Shown here piece after piece: positions 20,787 through 33,861 of a stretch of 64,000 nucleotides of DNA. Position numbers and translations under genes: made by a program. The notes below the pieces were generated by a model that searched no databases, had not been told where the DNA came from, and saw only the letters and a program-made list of their open reading frames with translations. Origin of the DNA: Fimicolochytrium jonesii (taxonomy: Eukaryota); assembly GCF_025526975.1 (NCBI RefSeq), contig NW_026515688.1, positions 1 to 64,000 on the forward strand. Reading direction: 5' to 3'. Position 1 is the stretch's first letter. Each line of letters opens with the position of its first letter.

Positions 20787-22442
20787 TGTATGTAGTGTAG
20801 AGATCTAGGTTCTAGAAGCGCCAGCAAAGAAAGAAAGGATGTGAAGAGAGAGAGGGTTCTAGTAATAGACAATACAGCAATATATACCAAAACAAGTGAT
20901 GGCTCAGACCTTAGCTGGTCATCTGTGATGTGGATGGGTGCCACGCCTTAGCCTTCCGCGCGGAACTACTGTATCACACCGAGCGTGTTCTTCAGCAGCT
21001 ATGACACACTGGTTAACGAAGCGGTCGGTGCCTCTGAACGCCCATAACCTGCCGAGACCCAAAACAAAAGGAAGAAGTGGAACGATGTCTGCGAGCACTG
21101 ACCTTGAAAATCGTGCTTACCTCGACATCGTGAAGGCCGGCGGGGACCTGACTGCACCGCCGACGGCCCTCAAAAGTGAAGATGAATAGAGAAGATCTTC
21201 ATATATGCGCAAAAGGGTGCCAGGTACTTAATCTATGTCAAGTACACACCACGGGAGCAGGCAGAAGACGGATTCAGCTCTGCTGCAGCGAGCTTCCACA
21301 TTTCTGCGGTTATCTACCCAGCTGCGGGGGACACGGATTTGAAACGGGAAGAAATCAGAGCAAGCAGACCCTTGATCTTCTGGTACGGAGTCTGTCCAAC
21401 CCTCAGAACCCGTTGCAAGTTATCAAGCTGCACTTGACGATCCGTTCCTTTTGGATCAAAGATTGAATAGTAGGTGTCGCTGCACGTGTCTGTACCGTAG
21501 ATGGCGCCGCAGGCTGTTGGGCGTTGGGGGAGGGTGGATTGGCGCTTGGTGAGGTCGGTAGGGTGGCCAAATCGGTGAAACGGGAGGGAGAGCGTGGTGG
21601 AGGACACGGCGGGAAGGATGGCTAGGTTGCCGTTGAAGTATGTAGAACGGTGGATTGTGCATCTTGCTTGTTTTTGGATGAGGACGAAGGCCGTCAACAG
21701 CTAGCCCGTGGCATTCAGCAGTGGCTTCATTTCGAGGAGCGTCTGCGATTCAAGGACTTTGTACAATGCGTCGTCGTGATCAGAAGCCAGTTTGCTGTTG
21801 AGCTCCCGGATTTGTTTCCGTCGTGAGGTTGCGAGTGAGCACCAGAGGTGGATTTGTTAGACGGTCCGGTCTCATCCGGATTGCAGGCTGATTCGTGTCG
21901 CGCACAGCGAGAGACTCTAGAGCCAGACAGTCGACGGCGTCCTTCAGAGAGTCGGGGTCTCCGACGGTCAGGACCTCAAAGGGGCCAAGAGACATCGTTT
22001 TGCTGACTTCGTCTTGAGAGTTGGAGATATCTGGCTCTAAATCAGCGGAGTGTAGTAGTACGAACCAGGTCTCAACTCCCGCGACATCTCCCGCCGCGGC
22101 ATGCGCATCCAGCCCGCGAATGTACAGTACAAGGGAAGTACTGTATGTACGAGCGTTGGAAAGCGGACATCGCGTCGGAGTCTGGGATATCCGCGTTCGG
22201 ATCTACACGCTTGGAAAGGTAACCGTGCATGTGCTTTATGTTGGCCGAGGTCGCGTATCCTTTCAACAGCGCCTCCCAAGTGGTCTGATCTGCGACTTCA
22301 GCAGTTTTCATCCCTTGGAGTAATCGAGCGACCCACCCGATATCGTCGTGTATCGGGGTAGCGGGGTCATATAGTGTAATATTCCACTACCAATCCCTCC
22401 AAGCTACGCAATATACGCCAACCTCCTTACCCCTCTCCCACC

Positions 22443-24955
22443 CTACTCAACATGCTCCACCTCAATAACCTCCATGACCGCCCTCGCCAACTCCATCTTC
22501 CCATCTTTAATCTCCTCCATCCGATCCATAACTCCCGACATCCCCTCCGTACACTTCAAATCAAAGCACCAAACCTTCTCATAAGTGGAACCAATCCGAT
22601 GCACACGGGCAATAGCCTGCTGCTCAATGGCCGGGTTGTACCAGTGTCCGTAAAGTATGACGACGTTTGCTTTCTGGAGGTTGAGGCCTGTGGCGCCGAT
22701 GTGGAGAGTTGAGAGGAGGATGTTTGTTTCGTGGTTGGGGTTGGACCCGAGGAAGCTGTCAATGAGGGTTCGGCGGTCTTCGGGTTTGCTGATTTCGCCG
22801 GTTAGAAGACTGTGGGTGAAGAGTTTTGCATTCTTTGGGTCAGATTTTTCCAGGGCGGTTAGACGCTCGGCGATGTGGTCGAGGTCCGCTTTGTGCAGGG
22901 AGAAGATGACGATTTTGAAGATGGTTGTTTCAGGTGACATGTCTTTGACTTCGGCAGGGATGCCTGGACCAAGGTAACGCTTGAACGTTTGGGTTGGCGG
23001 CACCTTTTTTCGCAAGTCTTTGAGGAGGGCCATGAGGGTGTTCAAGCGAGCACTCCCACTTGGGTCCTCCGGGCCGGGTGTCTGAATTGCCTGCGAGAGG
23101 AAGAATGAATGAAGAGGGGCTACCATCCGTCGAATGCTTCAAGCGTAGTCCAGAGGCATGGTAAGCGCAGGAGATAAAAGTTACCTGCACTTCCCGAAGC
23201 GCCTTGACCAATCCATTCGGGGCTTCATTCCGAGCCTCCATAATGCGATCTACCTCATCATCGCTCAGCGAATGAACGACGGACGTCTCCCATAATTGCG
23301 GCAAGATAAGCTCGCCGCCCCTCTGTCCACCCGATTTTGAGCTGCTAGCCAGAGCGAGCTTGGTGCGACGAAGAATTGTGTCTCGGAGGATTTGCTCATC
23401 GTTAAATGTCCAGTTTGACGGATCTTTGTCGAATAAAGCAGCGTATGCGTGGGGTGAGCGCAAGAACTCAAAATGCCTGAGAAAATCGTAAGCTGTGGGT
23501 TTTGTATGTCGACGGAAAACCTGGCAAACCATTACTTACGCCTGAAGGTCCGTAAGCTTATTCTCAACGGGAGTTGCAGTGCAGCACCATCGCGACCACG
23601 CCGTAAGCCGCTTGAGATTGATCGCAGCGTTTGTCTCCGCATTTTTGACTTTGGACGCCTCATCCAAGATGATACGACGCCAGGAGATCGCATTCAGACA
23701 AGTGAACAGCTTCGATCTCCGGTTCTTGAATGGCTCGTAGTTTGTAATTACGATCGGGTACTTTGAAACTTCAGCAGCGTCCATCTTGAGGAAGGCTTCT
23801 TTGGATCTGCTGTCAGTAGCGCTCTTGTGGAAGAGAATATATGGCAGACGGTCGACGCCCACAGCTTTCGAAATCTCGGCTTCCCAAGTTTTGAAGAGGC
23901 CCAAGTCGCATACGATCAGAGTCGATGTTGAGAATCGGTTGCTGTCCGTCCCGCGGGTCCACGTGGCCAAAGTCAATGAGAGTAGTTGTCTGGTTTTGCC
24001 AAGACCTGAGTCGTGAGAGGCTTGTCAATATGACATGTATGACGCTGAGGTAGAAAAGCATGTTGACTTGACTTGCTCACCCATATCATCAGCAATCAAT
24101 CCGCCGGTGTTCTTCGGGACTTGCTCCTGAACCGCTCCCACTTGCTCTTTCTGCAACATCCATCGAAGGCCGTCGAGTTGATGCGGGTGTAGGCCCTTCA
24201 TTCCAAGTTTCTCAACCGCAGCATTCAATTGGTCCCTCTCCTGAGCTGTAGCCGAACGGGTAGCCCTCTGCAATACGAAAGCGGTGTTGGACGACCGGTA
24301 CGTGACAAGACAATGAATGGGTCCAATCTCCATATGCACATACCCCTTCTTTGCTTGCTAGGACACTCTTCGGAATTGGCGCAGGCGCACGAGGCAACAG
24401 ACTTGTCGACAGGATCCCAATCGACGCATTCCCTTTGTCAGACTTTTGATCGGACCCAGCCGGCGACGCTTCGCTTGCATCAAGTCTCAATTTGCTATGG
24501 TACTGGTCGCAATAGCCAAAAACCGCCGGCCTTCCACACACTGCCCCAGTCTTGCCCAGAATCGCTTGGCAAGTGGTTGCGGGACACTGACGATGCTCAG
24601 ATTTAGCGGGAAACAAGATCTTATTGACCGGAGAAGCGCTGAGGCCAGCCGGTAACACGATCTTTCTGGCCGGCGAAGTTCCCAGCTCTTTCTCAGTGTC
24701 AGACCCATACCCCGAGTCGGCGGGCGATATCTGCCTCGCAAGGCGAGTGGGAGGAGGCGTTTTGGGACGACTGGAGCTTGATGAAGCTGGGAGTCTGGTT
24801 TGGCTAACAGGGGCGCTGTCGGTGGTACAGGTGGAAATGGCCGACGGCCTCAAATTGCTGTGGTACTGATCGCAGTAGCCTAGAATCGCCTTTCTCCCAC
24901 AGGGTTGGCCGGGCCGAGAGCTTCTCTCGTTTAGAATCGCTTGGCACGTTGACAT
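22443..24955 (-). CDS. SNF2-family ATPase/helicase with two N-terminal Cys3His repeats (multi-exon)
   Basis: LHPHQLDGLRWM, GGLIADDMG|LGKT, RIILDEAS, TATPVEN, LRRTK, GLNLQKAN and YNPAIEQQAIARVHRIG motifs. Confidence 0.85.
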
Positions 24956-25560
24956 GGTTGGGTTAGCTTCGTGCTGGTTCCGAGTCGGCCCAGTCACCGT
25001 CTGAGAGTCTATAGCCAAGAGGGGTCCCGACTGAGATGTTCCCACGCGGAAATAGAAGCTCATCTCCAAGAGAACGTTTGTGATGGAATGTGGATGTGGG
25101 AGCCGTCGGAGCCTCGCGGAGGTGTTAGTAACAGCTGGAGAACACCGCTTGCCACGTCAGCGCAATCCCTTTCATTTCCCTCCACGTCGTGTTCCACCAT
25201 GCCACGTTCCAGAATGCATCTCAGATGCCCATGATCCACTTCCATGTTGCAAGCTGGTGTGCGACGAACTCCGCCAGCAGGACTTGGACGTGGCCTCCAG
25301 AAATGCGGTTGCATAGACCATGTCAGAAAGCTACGCCCGCGGCGTTTCGCTCCCAAGATGCGAGATATCTGCACACCCGCGAGATGGCGGCGACGGGCAC
25401 ACAGAGAGTCCATCGAGAAAAGAAGAAAAAGAATGAGGATCGCCAAGCGTATATAAAGCTGTCCTGTTGCTGGTCCCTCCCATAAACAGATCCAGTACTA
25501 CTCACATATATCGTATAGTTTCTGAAAGTGACAAGATCACCCAAACGAAAGCCACCGAAA

Positions 25561-26337
25561 ATGTCCAGAATCATCCTAACCGGCGCCACAGGCATGACAG
25601 GCGGCGAAACGCTACGCCAGCTTCTCGCTCACCCGGCCGTCGAGAAGGTTACTGTCCTCACTCGCCGCCCACTCACCGACCCGGCCGTCAACACTTCTCC
25701 AAAGCTTGTTACGGTCATCCACAACGATTTTACCGAGTACAATTCGATCGTGGGAAAGCTTCAGGGTCATGACGCTCTGATTTGGTACGTATGATGCATA
25801 TGGACTGGAATTCATACAAACGCACGTTGACCCCCATGTTCCTTCTTCTTTCGCAGGTGCCTCGGCGGCAAACCCAGCCCCGACCAGTCCGAATCCGACT
25901 TCATCCGTATCAACCACGACTTCCCCGTCAACGCCGCCAAAGCCCTCTCCCACCTTTCTCCCACATTCCGTTTCTGCCACGTCTCCGGCATGAGCGTCAC
26001 GCAAAATGAAGACGCCGTCTTCCCCTGGCAGAAGATAACGCGGAATATCAAAGGCCGTTCTGAGCGCCATTTGAACGATATCCATGCCGCTCAGCCGACG
26101 TTTGAGACGTACCACCTCCACCCTGCGGGGATCATACCGCCGAAGGCGACGGAGACGTGGACGGCGTTTGCGGTGACCGCCGCGATTGCGCCGTTCATTG
26201 TAGTAAAGGTGGAGGATTTGGCGGAGGCGTTGATTTATTGTGCGTTGAATGGGTGGGAGGTGCCGAAGGATAGGGTTATTGGGAATGGAGTGATTAAGAC
26301 CATTGCTGCGAAGGAAAGGGTTGCTGCGTCGTCTTAG
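25561..26337 (+). CDS. NAD(P)-binding Rossmann protein (atypical SDR, TIP30/FMP52-like)
   Basis: IILTGATGMTGG, VTVLTRR; intron 25785-25856 gives DALIWCLG. Confidence 0.85.
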
Positions 26338-26817
26338 ATCTACAGGGACATTGCACATACAGCACTATCGCCATTTTCATTTCTTGTTGATACCCCTTTC
26401 TATATATGCATCGCAATTTAACCCTGAATGCTTCAAGCCGTCCACAACCATAAAACTCCGACACTGTAGCCCCTTTCGTGTCAGTTCCAGCGCAAGGGAT
26501 GGAGAACACAAAATGCGAAGGATCACAACAAGTGGAGGACTCCGGGAGGATGAAGGCGAACCAGCGCAGTATGATATAAGAGATTCAAGGGTCTAAACGA
26601 GAATAAGGATGTATTGATACGATATGTCGGATTGCGATGTCATACGCCTTGTATAGAAGAAAGAAAACGCCAGGAGACGCCAGGAGGGGTGCCTTCAGGG
26701 GTCTGAAGGTTACCTATCCTCACTAGCAATGTCCACCTCCGCTCTAACCCACTATCTAAGGATGATTGATGAAAGCAGAGGGGAGGTAATTAAAGGGAAG
26801 TCAGGGTCAGTAAAGTT

Positions 26818-29800
26818 CTACGCAAACGCAATCTCCCGCACCCGCGCAGCCTCAGCAGGTCCCGCCGACTCCACCAGCGCCGCAAACGCCGACTCAGGCC
26901 TATCGCGCAACAGTGTTTTCGGGGAGTCAAACTCAAGCACCGTGCCCTTGTCCATGACCAGCACTTTATCGCAGGCGGCAACGGTAACAAGCCGATGCGC
27001 GATACACAGCACGGTAGTATTTTGCAGTTCTTCCGCCATGGCTTTTTGAATCCGGTCTTCGGCGGCGGCGTCGACGGCGGCTGTTGCTTCGTCGAGGACG
27101 AGGACTGCGGGGTGGTGGAGGAGTGCGCGGCCCAGTAAGAGGAGTTGGCGTTGGCCAGCGCTCAGGTTGTCGCCGCCTTCAGTGACGGGGGCGTCGAGCT
27201 TTTCCGGGAGCGATGCCACGTACTCTTGCAGAGCGACAGTTTCTAATACGCGCCAGAGGCGGTCGTCACTATCCTTCTTCTCCGTCATGACAGCTCCACT
27301 ACTGCTGCCGTCGTTGGCGTCGGTCAGGTTAGACCTGATCGTGCCTTGGAAAAGCACAGGTTCCTGCGGGATGATGGTGATTCCTTTCCGCAGCGTGGCG
27401 AGACCGAGCTGAGCAATATCGTGGCCGTCCACGACAATCCGGCCGCCTTTCGCCTCAACGAGCCGGAACAGCGCCGCCATCAAGGTGCTTTTTCCGGCGC
27501 CGGTTCTGCCGACGACTCCAATCTTCTCTCCAGCGGTCGCGACGAACGATACGTTGTCGAGCACGTTCTTGGCATCCGATTCGGCGCTGTAGGAGATGGT
27601 CAGGTTCTCGAACGCGATATGGCCTTTGGCGGGCCATGTTCCCTCCGCAGGGTCCTTTGGCAAATGTGTCGGCGCCTCCACAGGCAGACCGTCTGCATAA
27701 TGAGTGAGTCTCTCCACCGAGTTGAAGGACGCTTCAAGTTGCCCCGCCATGAATAGCACACCCTGCAACGTTTGACCGAGCCCGATGGTCGACGACAACC
27801 CTAGTCCGATGGAAGCGGGGCTTACGCCGCCAGACCCCGCGACGATGAGCAAGACAATGACGATGGCGGAGGTGAGGAGATTCAACCGCAGATCGAACCA
27901 GTATGCCGTGCTGTTGAGTAGTAAATGGGCCTTGTTGGCCAGATCGGTCGTCGATTGCTGTTTAGCGATGAACGCGTCCTGAGCGCCGAACGCGCGGACG
28001 ATCGGGATGCCCGTCAGGGTCTCAGAGAGGTGAGCGTTCAGCGGCGATCGCATGATGGACGACAACCGCTTCAGCTCTCGGTATGAAGCTTGTCTAAAGC
28101 GAAAGATGTAGAACGCGGGACCCGCGAGAACAGCGATGGGAATCAGCATGTACGGCGAGACGTACGCGACGATGATAAGCATCGACACGAGCATGACGGC
28201 GTTGGCAACGAAATTGTTGATCAGCATCCCCATTTCCAAATCCAACGACTGCACGTCGGTCGTCATGCGGTTGAGAATCCTCCCGATTGGTTGGCCGTCA
28301 TAAAATCCCATTGGCGCGCGAGAGAGCCCCATCAGCGCTTTGTCGTGGAATGTCTCGGCGGCTTTGTACGAGCCGCGGATGTTGATCAGGAAGGTTAGGA
28401 CGATGACCACAGCCTCGAGCATGCCGACGCCGACGTAGAAGTGGAGGTACTGGTCGAAGGTCCAGCCCCATGCGTCGGACGTCCAGACGGCGAGGAAGAT
28501 CTTGTTGAGAGTCGCCGCAGCGACGAAGAGTGGAAGCACGACGACGAGTCCGAATTTGAACATGGAACCCGAGGCGTTGGTGTATGCTTTGAAGAACTTG
28601 GATTGAACGGCGCCCTGAACAAACGAAATTGCGTGACAGTTGTGAGTAAGGTGTCGTTGCGCGTGCGACCAGAACAAGCGCACATACCTCTCTGCGGTCC
28701 TCGGCAATCAACTCCTGTTCCTTCAGCTCCTTTTGCACCTTCTCAATAACCGCAGCAACATTGTCCACCGGTGCGACATCCGGCTCAACAACAGCCTCCT
28801 CGTCTTCCTTCTTTTCGGCTTGGTACGACTTCATCATTTCCACAAGTTTGCCCTCCTTATCCTGCATCAGAGCGTCGAAGGTGCCCTTCTGCACGATCCG
28901 GCCTGCCTCCATGACGACAACGAGGTCCATGGCCGGGAGGTATTGCAGCTGATGCGTGACAAGGACACGAGTCTTCCCCTTCAGTGGGGCGCCGCAGATG
29001 GTTTCGTCAAACAGCTGACGTCCTACACGCGCGTCCAGCGCCGCCAAAGGATCGTCTAGAAGCAACATGTCCGCGTTGTGTCCGATGGCGCGGGCCAGGC
29101 CTATACACGGGAGGAGGCGAAGAAAAGCGTTGATTAGACTCGTTCATTCCCCAAAAGCATGGAAGGCTCAGGCTCGTTGCTTACCGACACGTGCTCGCTG
29201 GCCACCACTAAGCGAGATGCCCTTTTCGCCGACACGGGTGCCGGCACCGTGCGTCATAAGGCGAAGATCATCGTCAAGCATCGCTGCCTTTACAGCCGCG
29301 TCGAAATCGGTCGTCTGACCATGCTGGAACGGACCGAGGATGTTTTCCTTGACCGTGGCGGAGAGGATCCACGCCTCCTGCGGGCAGTACGCCGTGGTGC
29401 CGTGCACGGAGGCCTTGCCCCCTACTTTGCGCAGATCGCCGACCAGGGCGGAGAGCAGGGACGTCTTTCCTGAGCCGACCGGACCGACCACGCCGACCAA
29501 CGCGCCGCGGGGGATCTCGAGCGATACGTCCGTAAGCTGGAACGGTTCGGCGGCGGATTCGGCCGCCTCTTTGCCTTCTGGCGCATCCTCCTCCCGCGCT
29601 TTTTCATAAGTGAACGTCGCGTTCGTCAACTCGACCGCAAGCGCTGATGTTGTGTCCGGTACCACACGCGTCGTGTAATCCTGCGGGTCTTTCTCCTCAG
29701 CCAGGAGGAACTCAGAAACCCGCTTGAACGACACCCACGCGCCGACGAGGGTCATCGCTTGGCCCGGGAACGTGCCGGAGGGTAGCATCAACGCCCCAAT

Positions 29801-31107
29801 CAGTCCAAGGATGGTGAACACGTTCCCGGCCGTCAGCGCACCGCCCAGCTGCGAGTAGCTGATGATGGTGAGAGTGGGCATTAGAATCGTCTGGAACGAC
29901 ACGATCGAGAACAGGGCCGCCAGGGCTATCAGGAATAGTCTGAGTCCCGATAATTGCGTTCGGCGCGTTTCCAGTATCTTGCCGACAAAGCTGTTCTCCA
30001 GCGCCTGGTACTTGATCATCCGCACGCCGTACAGGAACTCACGGAGCTTCTTTGTCCGTCCGTCCAACGCATGCATGTATGCTATCTGTCCCTTCATCAG
30101 GAAGCGCGTAACAAGCCCCATCGAGAGCGCCGCAAGCGTCAGGTAGGTCCCCGCAGATACCCACGTGGTGACGCCAAGGATCCTGGCAAGGAAGTAAAGC
30201 GCGAGGGCGATCTGCGCGAACGAGGCAACGGCCCCAACCCCGTCGTTGAGCAAGTGTGTAAGGTTTTTGACATCCACATCCACGAGGGAGTTGATTTTGC
30301 CAGCGGAGAAGGTGAGCCGCGCTTTGGTTGACAGCCGCATGGCTTTGGCGTAAACGGCACCGATGAGGATGGCTTTCAAGCGCATTTCAAAGACGAGGGA
30401 GAGGGAAAGGAAGGTTGCTGAGCAGGCCGCGTACGCGATATTGAGGAGGCCATATATCGCGGCGTAGATGTAGACGCTTTTGATCGTGAGTGTGGATTGG
30501 TCGAATGTTGGGTCGAGGAGATTGATTACCTGAACGGGAGAAGAGATGCCGTTGATACAAAGTTCGGGAGGGTCTTTGAGCTCGCGGATGGCAGATGCCG
30601 ATCGCGCGCAACGACCTAGGCAATGCACTCACATTCTGTATCAGTTGCGGCTGAATCAGGGAAATAGCAACATTAACCCCGCTCAACACCAACCCCGCAA
30701 TGAACATCCACGCAAAGATCCGAAACAGCAGCGACGCAAGCGCCGCCGACGACACCGGCTTGACCGCCGCGCCGTCAACCTGCTGATGCTTCCGCGCGCC
30801 ATGCACGCGCGTCCAAAAGGGGTCCAGCGATCCAATGAAAGATTGCGCCTCATCGCTGCGACTTATAGCGGGGAGATCTTCTTCTTGGAGGGATTTGCGG
30901 TAGCCTTTTTTGAGGAGTGGGCTGGGGGGGTGGTTCAGTTAGTGTTAAGCTCGTGGAGGCCCGAGTAAAGGCCCGACGAGGGTATTACCTGAGCCATGAA
31001 ATGGTTATAAATGATAAAAGGTTGCGGTGCACACGTCCAGCGCTTCGTGTTGACGTCTCGTCTACGGCCAATGATGGCGATATCGCCGTCGCGCCTGTCG
31101 CTTTCAT
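26818..31107 (-). CDS. ABCC/MRP (YOR1-like) full ABC transporter, multi-exon
   Basis: TMD-NBD-TMD-NBD layout; GPVGSGKTS, LSGGQRAR, LLLDD; GRTGAGKST, LSAGQRQ, LVLDEATAAVD. Confidence 0.93.
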
Positions 31108-31754
31108 GGCGGCGGAAGGTCGAGATCGGGGGAAACTAAACTGGAGCCCGGAAGTGACGAATAGGGCCCGAGTCTGGCAGCCCTCCGAACTATTTATATC
31201 GCCCCTTCCCATGTGCGATCCCGCTCCCTTCAGGGCGATCCCACGAAAATCTCCGAGTCCTCATCTTGGCGGCCTGATTTTCGTGGGACGGTGGGCGTAT
31301 ATTATGATGAGTTGTACGGGGAACCTTCAACGCGAATGGCAGAGTGAAATATCGTGGGTCTACACCTTGGCGTGCAGTACTGTGAGGCTTCACAGTCCCC
31401 CACAATTTGGATGCTCCAACTAAATGGCTAGGGAAGTTGTGGTCTGAGCGGCCTCGGCCGAACGTTCGTTTGGAAGGTTTCATTATGCATGGGATGGATA
31501 TCTTCATTGCAAACCGCTCGCGGTGACGTCTTGGAATGGGAAATCGGGTCCACAACTTGGCGTGCATGTGTAATAAGTGACCCCGTAATTATTGCGGAGC
31601 CTTTTCGCGGCTGGAATATTAGTAGTAGTGGATTGAGTCTGGGACCGCTCCGTTCGGCGAACATTAGGGCGATGGTATCTGGATTCTGGACGATTGCGGT
31701 ATCTTCAGGGTTATCCCTCCCTGTGCATCGCATACAACTCTTATTGCGCCTGCG

Positions 31755-32103
31755 ACGTTCCAAATCTCTCTCCTTGGAACGATTTGCGTTCCTCTTATCG
31801 CCCTTTTGTTGGGTGACGGAAGAGCCGGGGACGACCAAGGAAAATGTTTGAACCTCGTCTCCGTATGGTACTAGGCGATAAGAGGAACGTACAACGTTCC
31901 AAATCTCTCTCAAACGATTTGCGTTCCTCTTATCGCCCTTTTGTTGGGTGACGGAAGAGCCGGGGACGACCAAGGAAAATGTTTGAACCTCGTCTCCGTA
32001 TGGTACTAGGCGATAAGAGGAACGTACAACGTTCCAAATCTCTCTCAAACGATTTGCGTTCCTCTTATCGCCCTTTTGTTGGGTGACGGAAGAGCCGGGG
32101 ACG
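31755..32103. repeat. 135-bp tandem repeat, about 2.6 copies, each with internal inverted repeats
   Basis: GATTTGCGTTCC recurs at 31781, 31916 and 32051; 16-bp IR CGTTCCTCTTATCGCC / GGCGATAAGAGGAACG within the unit. Confidence 0.95.
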
Positions 32104-32408
32104 TCATGGGATGATGCAAAGGAGTTCGAAATTCTGGGCAGTGACTGTGGGGTTTTGATTTTTTTACCTCACTGCGCGTGTTATCATTGGAGTCTAAACA
32201 TTTCCGCATTTTTTCGGATCGTCCTATGTCAAACATGGGTGTTCTACAGCGGGGAAGTGCAAGCCACAAGTGTTCGAAAGAATGGATCAATTTGTTTTGC
32301 ATCCCATTGCAATGCAGGATGATTTACGCCAGCTTCTCTTCATATACCGCCTGCGTCAAGGACTTTTCCATGGGGGTTTTGGACTCCAAGAATTATTCTG
32401 CTGTACAC

Positions 32409-33467
32409 TCAGATGTTCTGCTGCACCCAGTCCTCCACGGTCTTGGGCTTGAAGGTGCGGGGCTTCGTCGGGGAAGGCACCCTCATATCGCCTTTCGCGA
32501 AGGCGGTCCGCAGCTCGCTCGCGAAGACGACGAACCCGTTGTCGGATGTTTTGGCTGCTTCGGCGAGATCTTCGAGAGGGGTATGTGTTATGGTCATTTT
32601 CACGCCTGCCGAGAATTGGCGTCAGGATTCGGGGTCCGAGTGATAGAGTACGAAGAGGAGTGTGCATCAACAAACCTTTCTTGCGCCCGACAATCTCCGC
32701 CACCTCCCTCACACTCTTCACATCGCCCTCAACCCCGAGCGTCACATTTCTACTCTCCGGCAACGCCACAGTCTCCGCAACAAACCGGCCGACATCCTCC
32801 CTCCACGTCCACGAGATTGGCGCATCGCCATCGCCAGGAGCGTCGACGGCGTCGTTGTCGAAATCAAACCCGAAGGGGGGGTAGAAAGCATAGTCGGTAA
32901 AGCTGCCAACACCGTATAGGACGTATTCGAGGCCGGCAGACTGGATGGCTTTCTGCGCGCGGATCTGAAATGCGCGGGAGAGGACATGAGACCTGGGAGG
33001 GAGGCCAGAACGGGGTAGCATGCAGGCCCACCTTTCCCGCGTAAAAGCCGTAATCCTTCCCGTGCTGTGGCGGCAACCCGAATTCAGAGGGAACGAAGCG
33101 CTCGACCTTCGCGTCGGCCGCAGCCGCGATAAGCGCTTGCTGCTCGAACCCAACGGCGAATGCGTTCAGGGCCGAAACGACGATCTTCACGCCTGCGGAG
33201 GGTGAATCATGTTCTTTTCAACCAAGTAGTCCTTTGCCTTTGCCTTTGCGCAAGAGGAATTCTTGACATACCGCGCAAGGCGTCAACCAACTGGTCGTGG
33301 TCCGCATAGTTAACCTGCGCGTACTCCACCTCCCGCTTGGGCTCCGCAGGGGCAGCTCCTCTGGTGAGGACTTTGACCTGGAAGTTGCCCGTGGCGACAA
33401 GGGCGTCAACGATGAACCCGCCGAGACCGCCTGAACCGCCTGCCACTGCGATGGATGACGAGGACAT
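32409..33467 (-). CDS. NmrA/isoflavone-reductase-like oxidoreductase, multi-exon
   Basis: IAVAGGSGGLGG, VERFVPSEFG and ISWTWREDVGRFV motifs. Confidence 0.88.
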
Positions 33468-33861
33468 GGTTTGGATTGTCTGGATGGATTTGGAACTGCT
33501 GGACCGGTTGGCTGCTTCTCCTTATATATTCGTCGACGTCCACTGGTCTCGTCTCCAAGGGCTCCAATTTTTGTGCCTCCAATTTTTGCGTTGACTCCAA
33601 CGCCCACTTTTTGTGCCTTGGTCCGCTTTTGACAGGCTGTCAATCTAGAAGCAAAAGTGACAGGCGGAAGCGACAGCACCCCCAACGAATATAACCTCTC
33701 CACACGGCATCATGGACGCCCCGCATGTGCATAGCCAACTAATGCCGGACGCCCGGAAATACTTCCATCGATGATGAGCGCACCACTCACTCTGCAATCC
33801 TACGTCTCTCGCCTTCGTTCCTCACTTACATCTAGAGTTCATCATCTCGAACTTCCAAACT

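Noticed and set aside
21000..22400. Protein-like fragments on both strands between the P450 and SNF2 genes
   Set aside because: Interrupted by stops and frameshifts with no recognisable domain; strand and product cannot be assigned.
31428..32048. 206-aa ORF with 45-aa repeats; also considered as a CRISPR-like array
   Set aside because: The ORF follows from the 135-bp period. The units are identical with no variable spacers and no cas genes, in a eukaryotic context.
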